Source: a virus. Taken from it: a stretch of 64,000 bases of DNA. The stretch's first letter is position 1; the number at the start of each line of letters is the position of its first letter. The notes beneath the pieces are model-generated. The model ran no database searches. It was given only the letters and a program-made list of their open reading frames with translations, and had not been told where the DNA came from. Positions 18,510 through 27,436 of the stretch are shown piece by piece. The DNA is taken from the IMG/VR virus record IMGVR_UViG_3300042319_001830, positions 32,001-96,000 of that record, one strand, 5' to 3'. The translations under genes and the position numbers were made by a program.

Positions 18510-19492
18510 ATATTCTTTTTAAAATCTTCGTAAGTATAAAATTTGCCGGTATTATTAAAAAGTGTATTTAGATTGTGTTGTGACATTTGTTTGAAAACTT
18601 GCCACCAATCTCCTTTTTCGTTTCCACAAAATCCTCTGGGATTATTTTCATTTGCAATATACATACGTTTATGCGGATGTCTACGAGCGTGTACTTTCAA
18701 TACATTTTTAAATACTATTTGTAAATACTTATCTCCTAGTATTTTTTGTGCCGTCATTGACAAACTTTCGTCGTCATTATGAATAAAACAAGGGGGTATA
18801 TTAACTCCACTTTTAATTAAATCCGAGGTCAATACCAAACAAGAACCATCGATCTTTGGATAATTGATCGTCTGTACATCAATTTCTTTTATTTCTGAAT
18901 TAATCAGATTCATTTGTTCGATTGACATACAAGATTTGGCCTGATTGATGTTATCAACATCCTTATCATCGTATCTATGATTTATAAACTTAGGATGTAC
19001 AGTAACGTCCCAACTATTATCCCATAGTTTTCTATCAGCGAAACAAGCTATGAACCTATATAGTCCTTGTTTTCTAACTACAGGCGTTAATTGTTCTAAT
19101 GATATAATAGCTTCCTTTGGAAATAAACTATCAGTTTCTCCCCAGATTAAATAATTAACTTTTTCGCAATATTTAGTATTAAATTCTCTACGGTAATTTG
19201 TTTGGGTATAAAATTCATTATCATTATCTATGATTTTATAATGTAAATTAGGCAGTTGTTTTAATTTAGACAGTTCAATCTCAAATCTATCTGTAAGATC
19301 GTCTTTGGATGTTTTCGAAGTATCTATTTTTTCAAAAAACTGTGATGTATTAAAAGAAAAATCTAAATAAACATTTTCTTTGTTATCTACTGTTGATAAA
19401 AGATTCAACAAACCATCGACGTATGTTGATAACATCTCTATTTCATAGAACATTACGTGTACACCAATTGCATATTTATTCTGAATGATCAT
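18506..19492 (-). CDS. GT-A fold glycosyltransferase-like
   Basis: WGETDSLFP, HNDD; cluster context. Confidence 0.5.
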   Translation of the reverse strand: MIIQNKYAIGVHVMFYEIEMLSTYVDGLLNLLSTVDNKENVYLDFSFNTSQFFEKIDTSKTSKDDLTDRFEIELSKLKQLPNLHYKIIDNDNEFYTQTNYRREFNTKYCEKVNYLIWGETDSLFPKEAIISLEQLTPVVRKQGLYRFIACFADRKLWDNSWDVTVHPKFINHRYDDKDVDNINQAKSCMSIEQMNLINSEIKEIDVQTINYPKIDGSCLVLTSDLIKSGVNIPPCFIHNDDESLSMTAQKILGDKYLQIVFKNVLKVHARRHPHKRMYIANENNPRGFCGNEKGDWWQVFKQMSQHNLNTLFNNTGKFYTYEDFKKNI

Positions 19493-20211
19493 ATTAATTT
19501 ATGTTCAGTAAATATACTCTGCAATTCAGTATCAATCAAGTTATTATTTAACATCAGATTATATCCAACAGCATCATCTGGTTTAAATGCCAATATACAC
19601 ACTGGTTTTTCAGCCATATCATATCTATATTTAAATCCAGTTACACCAACATTGTATTTGGTATTTAGATGTGAAAAGAATGGGTGAAGTTCGCTTAAAT
19701 ATTGTTGATAAACATAGTTAACTATATTTTCATCACCTTGATTTTTAAGATGTTCTTTATTTGCATCCATAAAATCTACGATCAGTCTCCAAATATTAAC
19801 ACTTGATTTTTTAATAAAAATTGATCCTGTGTTCCACTGTGTATCATTGATATACTTTGCCATACCAATTACACCGTCGAATTCGGGAAATTCAAATTTA
19901 TTAATTTGCCAATCATCGAAATCGTGAAACCAAAAATCATCGTCTATTAAATTTTCTTCTAATAACTCACAGATTCCGTATTGTTTATTGAAATATCTGT
20001 TGTATCTACACAGTCTATTTGTTTTTACAATAGTAACATCTTTATAAGAAAAATCCAAATTGGTTACAACTACGATATCACTGGGATTCCAACCAAATCT
20101 TAAACTATTATCAATTTGTGCACGGAAATATTTATACAACTCTTCGATTTTATAATTACGACCGTATGTGATAGTGTCAACGAAATCTTGAAATATTATT
20201 ACGTTTTTCAT
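19489..20211 (-). CDS. nucleotide-diphospho-sugar transferase-like
   Basis: WFHDFDDW, WNTGSIF, DE, YNVG. Confidence 0.55.
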   Translation of the reverse strand: MKNVIIFQDFVDTITYGRNYKIEELYKYFRAQIDNSLRFGWNPSDIVVVTNLDFSYKDVTIVKTNRLCRYNRYFNKQYGICELLEENLIDDDFWFHDFDDWQINKFEFPEFDGVIGMAKYINDTQWNTGSIFIKKSSVNIWRLIVDFMDANKEHLKNQGDENIVNYVYQQYLSELHPFFSHLNTKYNVGVTGFKYRYDMAEKPVCILAFKPDDAVGYNLMLNNNLIDTELQSIFTEHKLI

Positions 20212-20217
20212 ATATTT

Positions 20218-20775
20218 TTAATTTCTTGTTACCCAAAAGTTTTCGTCGATATATGTGTTTTTATGTTTGTAATTTTTACGATTCAAGATGTTTTCTTTTA
20301 GGAGTATATCTTTGTGTCCAAATATGCCTGTTATATAAGGTTCACATCCTGTATATAACATTAAATTATAGTCACTTGGAACATTAACTGATTGCCATTT
20401 AAACTCGTTAGTATGCATATCGTGGCAAACAATTAACGGACTTCTATAAAATGCGGCTTGTAAACATTCTTTTCGGTCATTTCCATCTATGAAAATTAGA
20501 TCATAACTTTCTTTATTTTCTGTGAAGTATTCATTCATTGGTTTTGTATAATGAACAACATCCAAATTATTTTTGTGACTGTATTCTTGTTTTACAAATT
20601 TTACCCATTCTTCTACATTTTCGATAGATGTAGTCTGTTTGCTATTTCTAACAAAACAACCAGTGCTCCATATACCACATCCAAATTCCAATACCGAATT
20701 TATTTGGTATACTGCAAATGCAACTTCTAATACTGGTATGCACGTTCCTGGGTCTAATAATCCATATTTACTCAT
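20218..20775 (-). CDS. class I SAM methyltransferase-like
   Basis: VLEFGCGIWST, SIE, YDLIFIDG, CHD. Confidence 0.7.
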   Translation of the reverse strand: MSKYGLLDPGTCIPVLEVAFAVYQINSVLEFGCGIWSTGCFVRNSKQTTSIENVEEWVKFVKQEYSHKNNLDVVHYTKPMNEYFTENKESYDLIFIDGNDRKECLQAAFYRSPLIVCHDMHTNEFKWQSVNVPSDYNLMLYTGCEPYITGIFGHKDILLKENILNRKNYKHKNTYIDENFWVTRN

Positions 20776-20779
20776 AATA

Positions 20780-21427
20780 TTATAATTTCTCCACTAGTAC
20801 TTGCCAGTCTTTATATAATACTTTTATTTTGCTTTGATAACATAATAAGAAAGATTCTATTCCATATCTACAATTTCCCCAACCATAATCATCGAACAAA
20901 AGATATCCGCCAGGCTTTAACATTTCAAAACATAAACAAGATTCATAGATTATATGATCCGGTTCGTGACATCCGTCTATATAAACAAAATCTAGAATTT
21001 TTTCCATATTTGGATTGAATTTTTTCAAAAATAACTTTGAATCTTCCAAAACATATTCACATTTATTTTGATCTATATAAGGCTGTAAGTTTTGTCTGAC
21101 TGATACTAGTATATCTTCCTCCAACTCCATCCCTTTAAATTTAGCGCCTTTTTTGTAATGTAGATTTTCTGTTATATCAACAGTTATTAACTTGGAACTC
21201 GGATGTGTTAAAATATTTTCAAATGTCCATACAGACGATCTACCATTTCCTGTGCCTATTTCCAAAAATTGAAGATTGGGAACATTTTCAAATTTTGATA
21301 AAAATGTCAACCAGTTTGTGATGTGCATAGTGAATCCATCTTTATTAGCAAAATAATGATCTGGATATGCATATATCGGATTCTCAGGATGATCGCCGTA
21401 TTTTTTTCTTAGTTCAATGTTATTCAT
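20780..21427 (-). CDS. Methyltransf_24-like SAM methyltransferase
   Basis: LEIGTGNGRS, FVYIDGCH, LKPGGYLLFDDY. Confidence 0.85.
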   Translation of the reverse strand: MNNIELRKKYGDHPENPIYAYPDHYFANKDGFTMHITNWLTFLSKFENVPNLQFLEIGTGNGRSSVWTFENILTHPSSKLITVDITENLHYKKGAKFKGMELEEDILVSVRQNLQPYIDQNKCEYVLEDSKLFLKKFNPNMEKILDFVYIDGCHEPDHIIYESCLCFEMLKPGGYLLFDDYGWGNCRYGIESFLLCYQSKIKVLYKDWQVLVEKL

Positions 21428-21430
21428 AAA

Positions 21431-22006
21431 TTATACCTCAACGCAAATATATCCCTCGTAAGCACTTAATTTTGGGTGTTTACTAATAAAAGTTTCATCT
21501 GGACTATAACCAATTGGTTTTACTATTTTAATGTATTCATTTTTTATTAAATCGTCCATAGCCTGTTTTAATTCTGGAAATGCTCCAATATCGTCATAAA
21601 TGAAATACTTCTTTAATCCGTTTGTAGATTTAAACTTGAGAGATCTAATGGTATCATCAATAACGGCGAAATAAGTATGTTGCGCATCTATAAAAAATAC
21701 ATCTCCATAGTCCAATGGTAACTGAGTATTATATACGTCTTGTGTATAATATCTTACATTTGTACGATGTTTATTAAACACAATAGCTTCTTTTGCACTT
21801 TCCAAATTGAAACCTACCACTTCTTTAAACAAATAACTTAAAATTCTAGTAGAGTATCCTAAATTAGATCCTATTTCTAAACAAACACTTTGTTTAAATT
21901 CAGGCTTGTCAAAAAACTCAAATACATCACGTTTAAATTTATGACTTGTAGTGGTGCTATGTTCAAATTTATCCGGTATATCTTTTAAAAGTTCGTCGAT
22001 AGTCAT
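21431..22006 (-). CDS. class I SAM methyltransferase-like
   Basis: LEIGSNLGYST, FFIDAQH, IYDD. Confidence 0.75.
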   Translation of the reverse strand: MTIDELLKDIPDKFEHSTTTSHKFKRDVFEFFDKPEFKQSVCLEIGSNLGYSTRILSYLFKEVVGFNLESAKEAIVFNKHRTNVRYYTQDVYNTQLPLDYGDVFFIDAQHTYFAVIDDTIRSLKFKSTNGLKKYFIYDDIGAFPELKQAMDDLIKNEYIKIVKPIGYSPDETFISKHPKLSAYEGYICVEV

Positions 22007-22007
22007 A

Positions 22008-22655
22008 TTATTTTACAGCGTAACCCTTGTTTTCATCAAGGCTGAAGTTTTTGTTGTATTTCATATTTGTTTCTCTTTGTTTTTCCATTGTTTTGTTATG
22101 AATCAAAGCAACATCTTTCTGAGCAGGTATAAAAGCATAAGACGTATAACCCTCAACCTTTTCGTGTAATCTTCGTTCGTATCTAATATGAGGAAGATTT
22201 TTAAAAAGACGAGATTGATAATCAGGAAAGTTAATCATTCCATCGTGATAATTCCAACCCCACATTTGAATGTCTGTTTGTGTTACCCCAACAAAATAGT
22301 TTAGTCGGGGTAACCACAATGCTTCATTGCCTGCATTAGATTGTAACAATATATCTATATTTTCAAGAAGAACATCGGTTGGTAATTCATCCGCATCGAT
22401 TTGAAATATCCATTCACCTTTACACAAACTAATACCATAATTTTTATGAGCGCCATAATCATTCTGTAATTTCTTTTGTTGAAAATTAACAGAGGATTTA
22501 TACTTCTCAATTATAGAAATTGTAGTTGGATTATCCGAATAATCATCCAATAAAACAACTTCGTGGTTATCTTTTTTAAAACTCATTAATTTAGACAACA
22601 ATGAGTCCAAACAATCAGTTTCATTATGTGTTGTGACTAGATATGATACAAACAT
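22008..22655 (-). CDS. glycosyltransferase family 2
   Basis: LDDYSD, IFQIDADE, PDYQSRL, LHE. Confidence 0.88.
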   Translation of the reverse strand: MFVSYLVTTHNETDCLDSLLSKLMSFKKDNHEVVLLDDYSDNPTTISIIEKYKSSVNFQQKKLQNDYGAHKNYGISLCKGEWIFQIDADELPTDVLLENIDILLQSNAGNEALWLPRLNYFVGVTQTDIQMWGWNYHDGMINFPDYQSRLFKNLPHIRYERRLHEKVEGYTSYAFIPAQKDVALIHNKTMEKQRETNMKYNKNFSLDENKGYAVK

Positions 22656-22656
22656 A

Positions 22657-24000
22657 TTATAACATCGTTAGTTTTGGCAGAACAATCTTTTGTTCTTCTT
22701 TAGTTTCTGTTGTATTAAGTGCTTTTAATTTGGGTAAAACAAATGAATTTTCTATAGCAAATTTTGGTACATACTTATCAAGTATACCCCACAACTTTTG
22801 ATCCATTGCTTGTAGACTGAATTTCTCTTCATTTTCTTTACGAAGCGATTCAGCTGGTTTAGTAAACCTATCACTCTTACGAGCAAAATACAATTGTTTA
22901 AATTTATCTTCCGCTAAAGAATAAGAAATTTTAAACCACTTACTTTCTTTTAAAATCCACTGATTAACAGAGCTAGGATCTACATCCACCAGTGTACCTG
23001 GCAATAAATTAGCATATTTTTCATTTAGATAATCCAATTGACCGCTCCAATTTGGTGCTAGTAGAGGTTTTCCACTTAAAGTAGATAGTAACATTGGATG
23101 ACCAAATCCCTCACCGTGAGTAAATGATACGTGCGATAAAATCTTTTCGTGATTTAATAATGCGTTCATTTCCACTTCACTTAGTTCGCCGTGAAGTAGA
23201 TAGACATTTGGACAACCGTCTCCAAATTTACTTCTAATCTTTTTGATCTTATCCAACATATCAAAACGATCAACTGTGCTATATCCACTGCCACTTGTTT
23301 TTACAATTAAACAAGGTTTATCATTTATATTATTATTCTTGAATGCTGTACAAAACGTTTTAATTAGATTTCCAATGTCTTTACGGTCATTGTATAATCC
23401 ACCGTGAGTCCACTGGCCAACGAATAAAAATGCATTCTTTTCCGGAATCTTATTAAGAGATTCATCAACTGTTTCCACAGCTTGATCTGTTTTTTTATAA
23501 ACATTAGTGTCTACGCCCCAGAAACAAACTTCAATTGGTTTATTTACTTGAATTGGTTCTTTTTGGCCATTTTCAAGTTGTTTAACCATCTTAGTGTCTA
23601 CGAATACTTTCTTGACGTGTTCGGATAGACCGATTGTAAGATCCATTCTATTGACACCTTCGATCCAACTTCCAGGTGAAACTGTTGTTTCGATACCAGC
23701 TGTCATACCAATATTATACTTTCCTACTTGATGAAATTCTTCTGGGATGGTTAATTGAATAAATAGTTCTGGTTGTTTATTTAAATTTCCTTGAAGGACA
23801 CAATTAGCTACCAACCTATCTTCTGGATCTGTTAGATCTTCCAAGAATCGTTTACTTGGACACGCTCCCCATTTAGTGGGTGCGATTTTAATGTCGTATT
23901 TGTTCTGACGAATTAAGCTCTTGGCTACTGTTGTAGCCCAATCGCCATATCCACTTCGATTAAATACCGGACCTGAAATTAAACATAATGGTTTGCTCAT
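22657..24000 (-). CDS. glycosyltransferase family 4-like
   Basis: RSGYG, FLFVG, RKDI, THGEGFGHPML. Confidence 0.82.
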   Translation of the reverse strand: MSKPLCLISGPVFNRSGYGDWATTVAKSLIRQNKYDIKIAPTKWGACPSKRFLEDLTDPEDRLVANCVLQGNLNKQPELFIQLTIPEEFHQVGKYNIGMTAGIETTVSPGSWIEGVNRMDLTIGLSEHVKKVFVDTKMVKQLENGQKEPIQVNKPIEVCFWGVDTNVYKKTDQAVETVDESLNKIPEKNAFLFVGQWTHGGLYNDRKDIGNLIKTFCTAFKNNNINDKPCLIVKTSGSGYSTVDRFDMLDKIKKIRSKFGDGCPNVYLLHGELSEVEMNALLNHEKILSHVSFTHGEGFGHPMLLSTLSGKPLLAPNWSGQLDYLNEKYANLLPGTLVDVDPSSVNQWILKESKWFKISYSLAEDKFKQLYFARKSDRFTKPAESLRKENEEKFSLQAMDQKLWGILDKYVPKFAIENSFVLPKLKALNTTETKEEQKIVLPKLTML

Positions 24001-24001
24001 A

Positions 24002-24694
24002 TTATTTTTGATTAAATTGATTGTTATCTCTTTCTGCGATTAATTGACTATATTTTTTTGGTGTTTCCAATTTATTTAAATTTGCATATAATGTTTCAAT
24101 TATATTGGTTCGACTTGATTCGGATGTTACATTATCTTTTTTTTTAACATCTGTACTACCAAATCCACCTTCACCTCTGTTTGTAGAATCTAGTTCATCT
24201 ACCAAAACAAATTCTACATTTTCCACTTTGGTTATTTTGAGTTGACATACTTTATCGCCCTTATTATAGAGCTTATCAAAGTTAATATGTCCTTCCAATA
24301 GATTATCGGTTCTAATCTTATAATCTTCTGGTTGCCAGATATATTTGAAACGAATCAATACTTCGCCACGATAATCAGCGTCAATCAATCCAATACAATT
24401 AGCTAATACTAAATTATATTTACTAACGCTACTACGAGGAAATGCTAGAATGTCGAAGTCAAAATCGGTATGACCAAAATTACTAAAGACTTTTTCTTTC
24501 TGCACAGCTAGTTTAAGATTAGTCTTATACTGAATATAATCTACTCGTTTGTATGTACCGTTATCATACTGTTCTCCAACGATTTCGGGATCACTTGTAA
24601 CAACTACATCAAAACCAGTAGCTCTATCAGTAGCTTTCTTTGGCAGATCACCCACTTCTTTATAATCATCGTTCTTTAATACTTGAATTTTCAT
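24002..24694 (-). CDS. dut: trimeric dUTPase
   Basis: ATGFDV, PRSS, GLIDADYRGE, VCQL, RGEGGFGST (all five motifs). Confidence 0.92.
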   Translation of the reverse strand: MKIQVLKNDDYKEVGDLPKKATDRATGFDVVVTSDPEIVGEQYDNGTYKRVDYIQYKTNLKLAVQKEKVFSNFGHTDFDFDILAFPRSSVSKYNLVLANCIGLIDADYRGEVLIRFKYIWQPEDYKIRTDNLLEGHINFDKLYNKGDKVCQLKITKVENVEFVLVDELDSTNRGEGGFGSTDVKKKDNVTSESSRTNIIETLYANLNKLETPKKYSQLIAERDNNQFNQK

Positions 24695-25662
24695 AACACG
24701 GATACTTCTTGTTTAATTTTATCAATATTAATTTTGTGCAAATCTATACCCATCTCACCGTTGGGTTGACTTTTAATATCATAACCATGTTCTGTAAAAA
24801 TATCAAACGTTTTGATTGGTTTAAAATTTTCAATTGTAAAATCCATAGCTTTAATAAATTGTTCACACATATTTTTACTATTGATCCCACCCTCATTCAT
24901 TGCCCATAATCTACCTTCCAGACCACATTGTTCACGTTTTTCTGGACCGGCTAGATACCAATACATAATTGCATCTGCAATATCTGAATAATTTGTTAGA
25001 TCGTCAATAATATATGGTGTAGGTGGGCTACCTTGCATATTTTGCACTTTAGGCCAGATTGGCTTAGCCCATTTACCGTGTTTAGTATACTTTCCTGTAG
25101 AATTGGTGCCAAACTCCAAATTAAATTCAATTGGATTATTATTGTCATCTACGATACCTAGTTGATCTTGTAGACCACCTGTTACAGTAGCTATAATAGG
25201 TGTGCCACACATAATCGCTTCAGCCACACTCAATCCAAACCCTTCATTGGAACTTACATTTGCTAATACATCTGATAAGTTATAAAATGCACACATTTCG
25301 TCTGGCGACCATCGAGCCTCACTTAGTACCACCTTATAGTCTGGACAAATTGCATCGATTGTCGCAATTAAATCTGTACCAGCTTCACACACTTTATCAG
25401 TATGCATTATCAATGCACATTTACTAGATTCTTCTTTTGTTAACGAATCGCAAAATGTTCTAAATGCTAGAATAAGATTGGCTGGATGTTTACGATGTGC
25501 ATTTCGACTGTTAAACGATACAATGAAATTATAATCGCCATCTCCCAACAATTCTTTTTTGATTTTTTGAATCACTGAATTATTTGATTCCAATACTCTA
25601 AATTCATTGCTGTTAATACCATGTGGTACTAAATGTAATAGATGTTTTCCGTTTACTGGCAT
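24691..25662 (-). CDS. GT4-like glycosyltransferase, C-terminal part
   Basis: VPHGI, RNAHRK, SSNEGFGLSVAEA, TGGLQDQ; AAGGAG 10 nt upstream. Confidence 0.8.
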   Translation of the reverse strand: MPVNGKHLLHLVPHGINSNEFRVLESNNSVIQKIKKELLGDGDYNFIVSFNSRNAHRKHPANLILAFRTFCDSLTKEESSKCALIMHTDKVCEAGTDLIATIDAICPDYKVVLSEARWSPDEMCAFYNLSDVLANVSSNEGFGLSVAEAIMCGTPIIATVTGGLQDQLGIVDDNNNPIEFNLEFGTNSTGKYTKHGKWAKPIWPKVQNMQGSPPTPYIIDDLTNYSDIADAIMYWYLAGPEKREQCGLEGRLWAMNEGGINSKNMCEQFIKAMDFTIENFKPIKTFDIFTEHGYDIKSQPNGEMGIDLHKINIDKIKQEVSVL

Positions 25663-25663
25663 A

Positions 25664-26218
25664 TTATAGGTTCTCCTTCTTTATAATGTTTCCGTTGTTG
25701 TCAAAATCTCCATAGATACTGGTACAGTTTTCTGGTCCTAGTACCCATTTATTAATGTTATCTGTTTGTTTACTAATAGCGAACAATGCATCACAACACT
25801 TATAGTATGGCTTGTTCCACATAGGATATGGCAGATCATCCCAAATGTCCAAGTAAGTTAAAGGAATTTTAGAACGAATCTGATTTTCGATGTTATATAA
25901 CCATCCCCAGAAACGAGGATCTGTGAAATGCATAATCGCATCTGGTTTTTCCATAGCCATAATCTGAAATAGAAGTTCTTCATCGCCATAACCATCTACA
26001 GGATATAATCTGAGATAGTTATCATTTCGACCATTGAGTTTATCAACAGCTTCTTTCATATCAACAATTTTACCTTGTTCAGGATGTTTAATAGCGCCTG
26101 CTATTTGTACCCAATCATAATGATGGACACTGCCTAAAACAAGTTCTCTTGACATTGTTGCGATGCCACTGTGCATTCTTAGATCGTCACTCAATAATAA
26201 TATTTTTTTCTTCTTCAT
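25664..26218 (-). CDS. GT4-like glycosyltransferase, N-terminal part
   Basis: ILLLSDD..SGIA, PDAIMHFTDP, IWDD, AISKQT. Confidence 0.75.
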   Translation of the reverse strand: MKKKKILLLSDDLRMHSGIATMSRELVLGSVHHYDWVQIAGAIKHPEQGKIVDMKEAVDKLNGRNDNYLRLYPVDGYGDEELLFQIMAMEKPDAIMHFTDPRFWGWLYNIENQIRSKIPLTYLDIWDDLPYPMWNKPYYKCCDALFAISKQTDNINKWVLGPENCTSIYGDFDNNGNIIKKENL

Positions 26219-26433
26219 TTAGATTCCTTTGTAGATAGTTGAAATGGTTGATTATAACTTAATTTTTGACAAACGCTTTCACTTATTTCTGTTTGAAAAT
26301 CCATATCGGTTAAATATCTCTCCAAACACTTATTTACAAAGTCTTGAAATGATATTCTCCCACGAATATTAAGTTCTTTAAATTGGTTATATAACTCTTG
26401 ATTGAGTTTTACTGTAGTAATAACTTGTTGCAT
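26215..26433 (-). CDS. ribbon-helix-helix DNA-binding protein
   Basis: Alternating beta-strand ITTVKL then two helices (ELYNQFK / SFQDFVNKCLERY). Confidence 0.7.
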   Translation of the reverse strand: MQQVITTVKLNQELYNQFKELNIRGRISFQDFVNKCLERYLTDMDFQTEISESVCQKLSYNQPFQLSTKESK

Positions 26434-26467
26434 AACATATGTACATATATAGATATGTACATATGTT
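26434..26467. promoter_or_regulatory. perfect 15-bp inverted repeat (putative operator)
   Basis: AACATATGTACATAT-ATAG-ATATGTACATATGTT abutting the RHH start codon. Confidence 0.75.
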
Positions 26468-26491
26468 TGATATTATTTTAAATTGGATTTT

Positions 26492-27379
26492 TTACTTTGA
26501 AGCCTTTGCATCACAGTTTGTTTTGTAGTGAACGCAATATTTGCAGTTTTTCTTGGCCTTGCCAGGAATCTTTGGATATTCCACAGATGTATTATATGTG
26601 CCATCTGAATTGAAGCCAGCATCTAGAAACTCTATGAAGTAGCCGATGGATTCTTTTATGATAACAGGTCCAGCTGACGGTTTGAATACTTGAATTCGAC
26701 TTTGTGGAAATGATACATTTTCATATAATTTACGTTTAACGATGAAAAACTCAACCTCGATTGAATTGAGTGGTACGTTGAATTTCTTACTATATACGCT
26801 TTTATATAGATATAGCTGTGCTAGTTTGGTATGATCTTCTTTCATATAACTATTCCAACCACTGCTACTTGTTTTAAAGTCAATGATACGATAAAATTCT
26901 TTATTCTTCTCTTTAAGAACTATGTCGATGAATCCTACGAAGTCTACATTATTCTTTACGGGTATTTCTAATGGAATTTCAATACCAACCAATTCATATT
27001 CTTTTGTGGGAAAATATTTAAGTCTATTAGCACTTTTACAAAACGTATCAATAATGTCATTGCCATCAAATATGAAATCGGTAAATTCTTCTTCCTTTAC
27101 ATCTTTAACTTTTTTAATTTCCTCGTTAAATTTATCAAGAAATAACTTTTTGACATCCAATGAATCAGCAATACTCACGCTTTCATTGTAAAGAGATGTA
27201 AGATACGTTTGAAAAGCATGATGTATAGCGGTGCCAAATGTAGTGTTGATATTGTCATCTCTAACTCTCATATTCTTGACATAATCAAGATACCATTTAT
27301 GAGGACACTTTAAATAAGTTGAATACTGGCTAAAACTTACTCGGTTCTTTTTTATTTCTTTATTTTCTTCAGTTGACAT
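26492..27379 (-). CDS. PD-(D/E)XK nuclease, Cas4/AddB-like with Fe-S cysteines
   Basis: SFSQ..CP, FGTAIH, GFID, IIDFKT, C-terminal CKYC-x6-C. Confidence 0.85.
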   Translation of the reverse strand: MSTEENKEIKKNRVSFSQYSTYLKCPHKWYLDYVKNMRVRDDNINTTFGTAIHHAFQTYLTSLYNESVSIADSLDVKKLFLDKFNEEIKKVKDVKEEEFTDFIFDGNDIIDTFCKSANRLKYFPTKEYELVGIEIPLEIPVKNNVDFVGFIDIVLKEKNKEFYRIIDFKTSSSGWNSYMKEDHTKLAQLYLYKSVYSKKFNVPLNSIEVEFFIVKRKLYENVSFPQSRIQVFKPSAGPVIIKESIGYFIEFLDAGFNSDGTYNTSVEYPKIPGKAKKNCKYCVHYKTNCDAKASK

Positions 27380-27413
27380 TATATCATCTTATACTATAAT
27401 GTGAAATAGTCAA
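27373..27413. promoter_or_regulatory. overlapping divergent sigma70-like promoters
   Basis: +: TTGACA(27373)-16-TATAAT(27395); -: TTGACT(27413)-16-TAAGAT, 6 nt before ATG 27379. Confidence 0.6.
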
Positions 27414-27436
27414 GTTATAAAAACTATATATTATGT

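Noticed and set aside
26492-27379. Cas4-like gene as part of a CRISPR-Cas system
   Set aside because: No cas1/cas2, effector or array in the window; solo Cas4-like nucleases are common in phages
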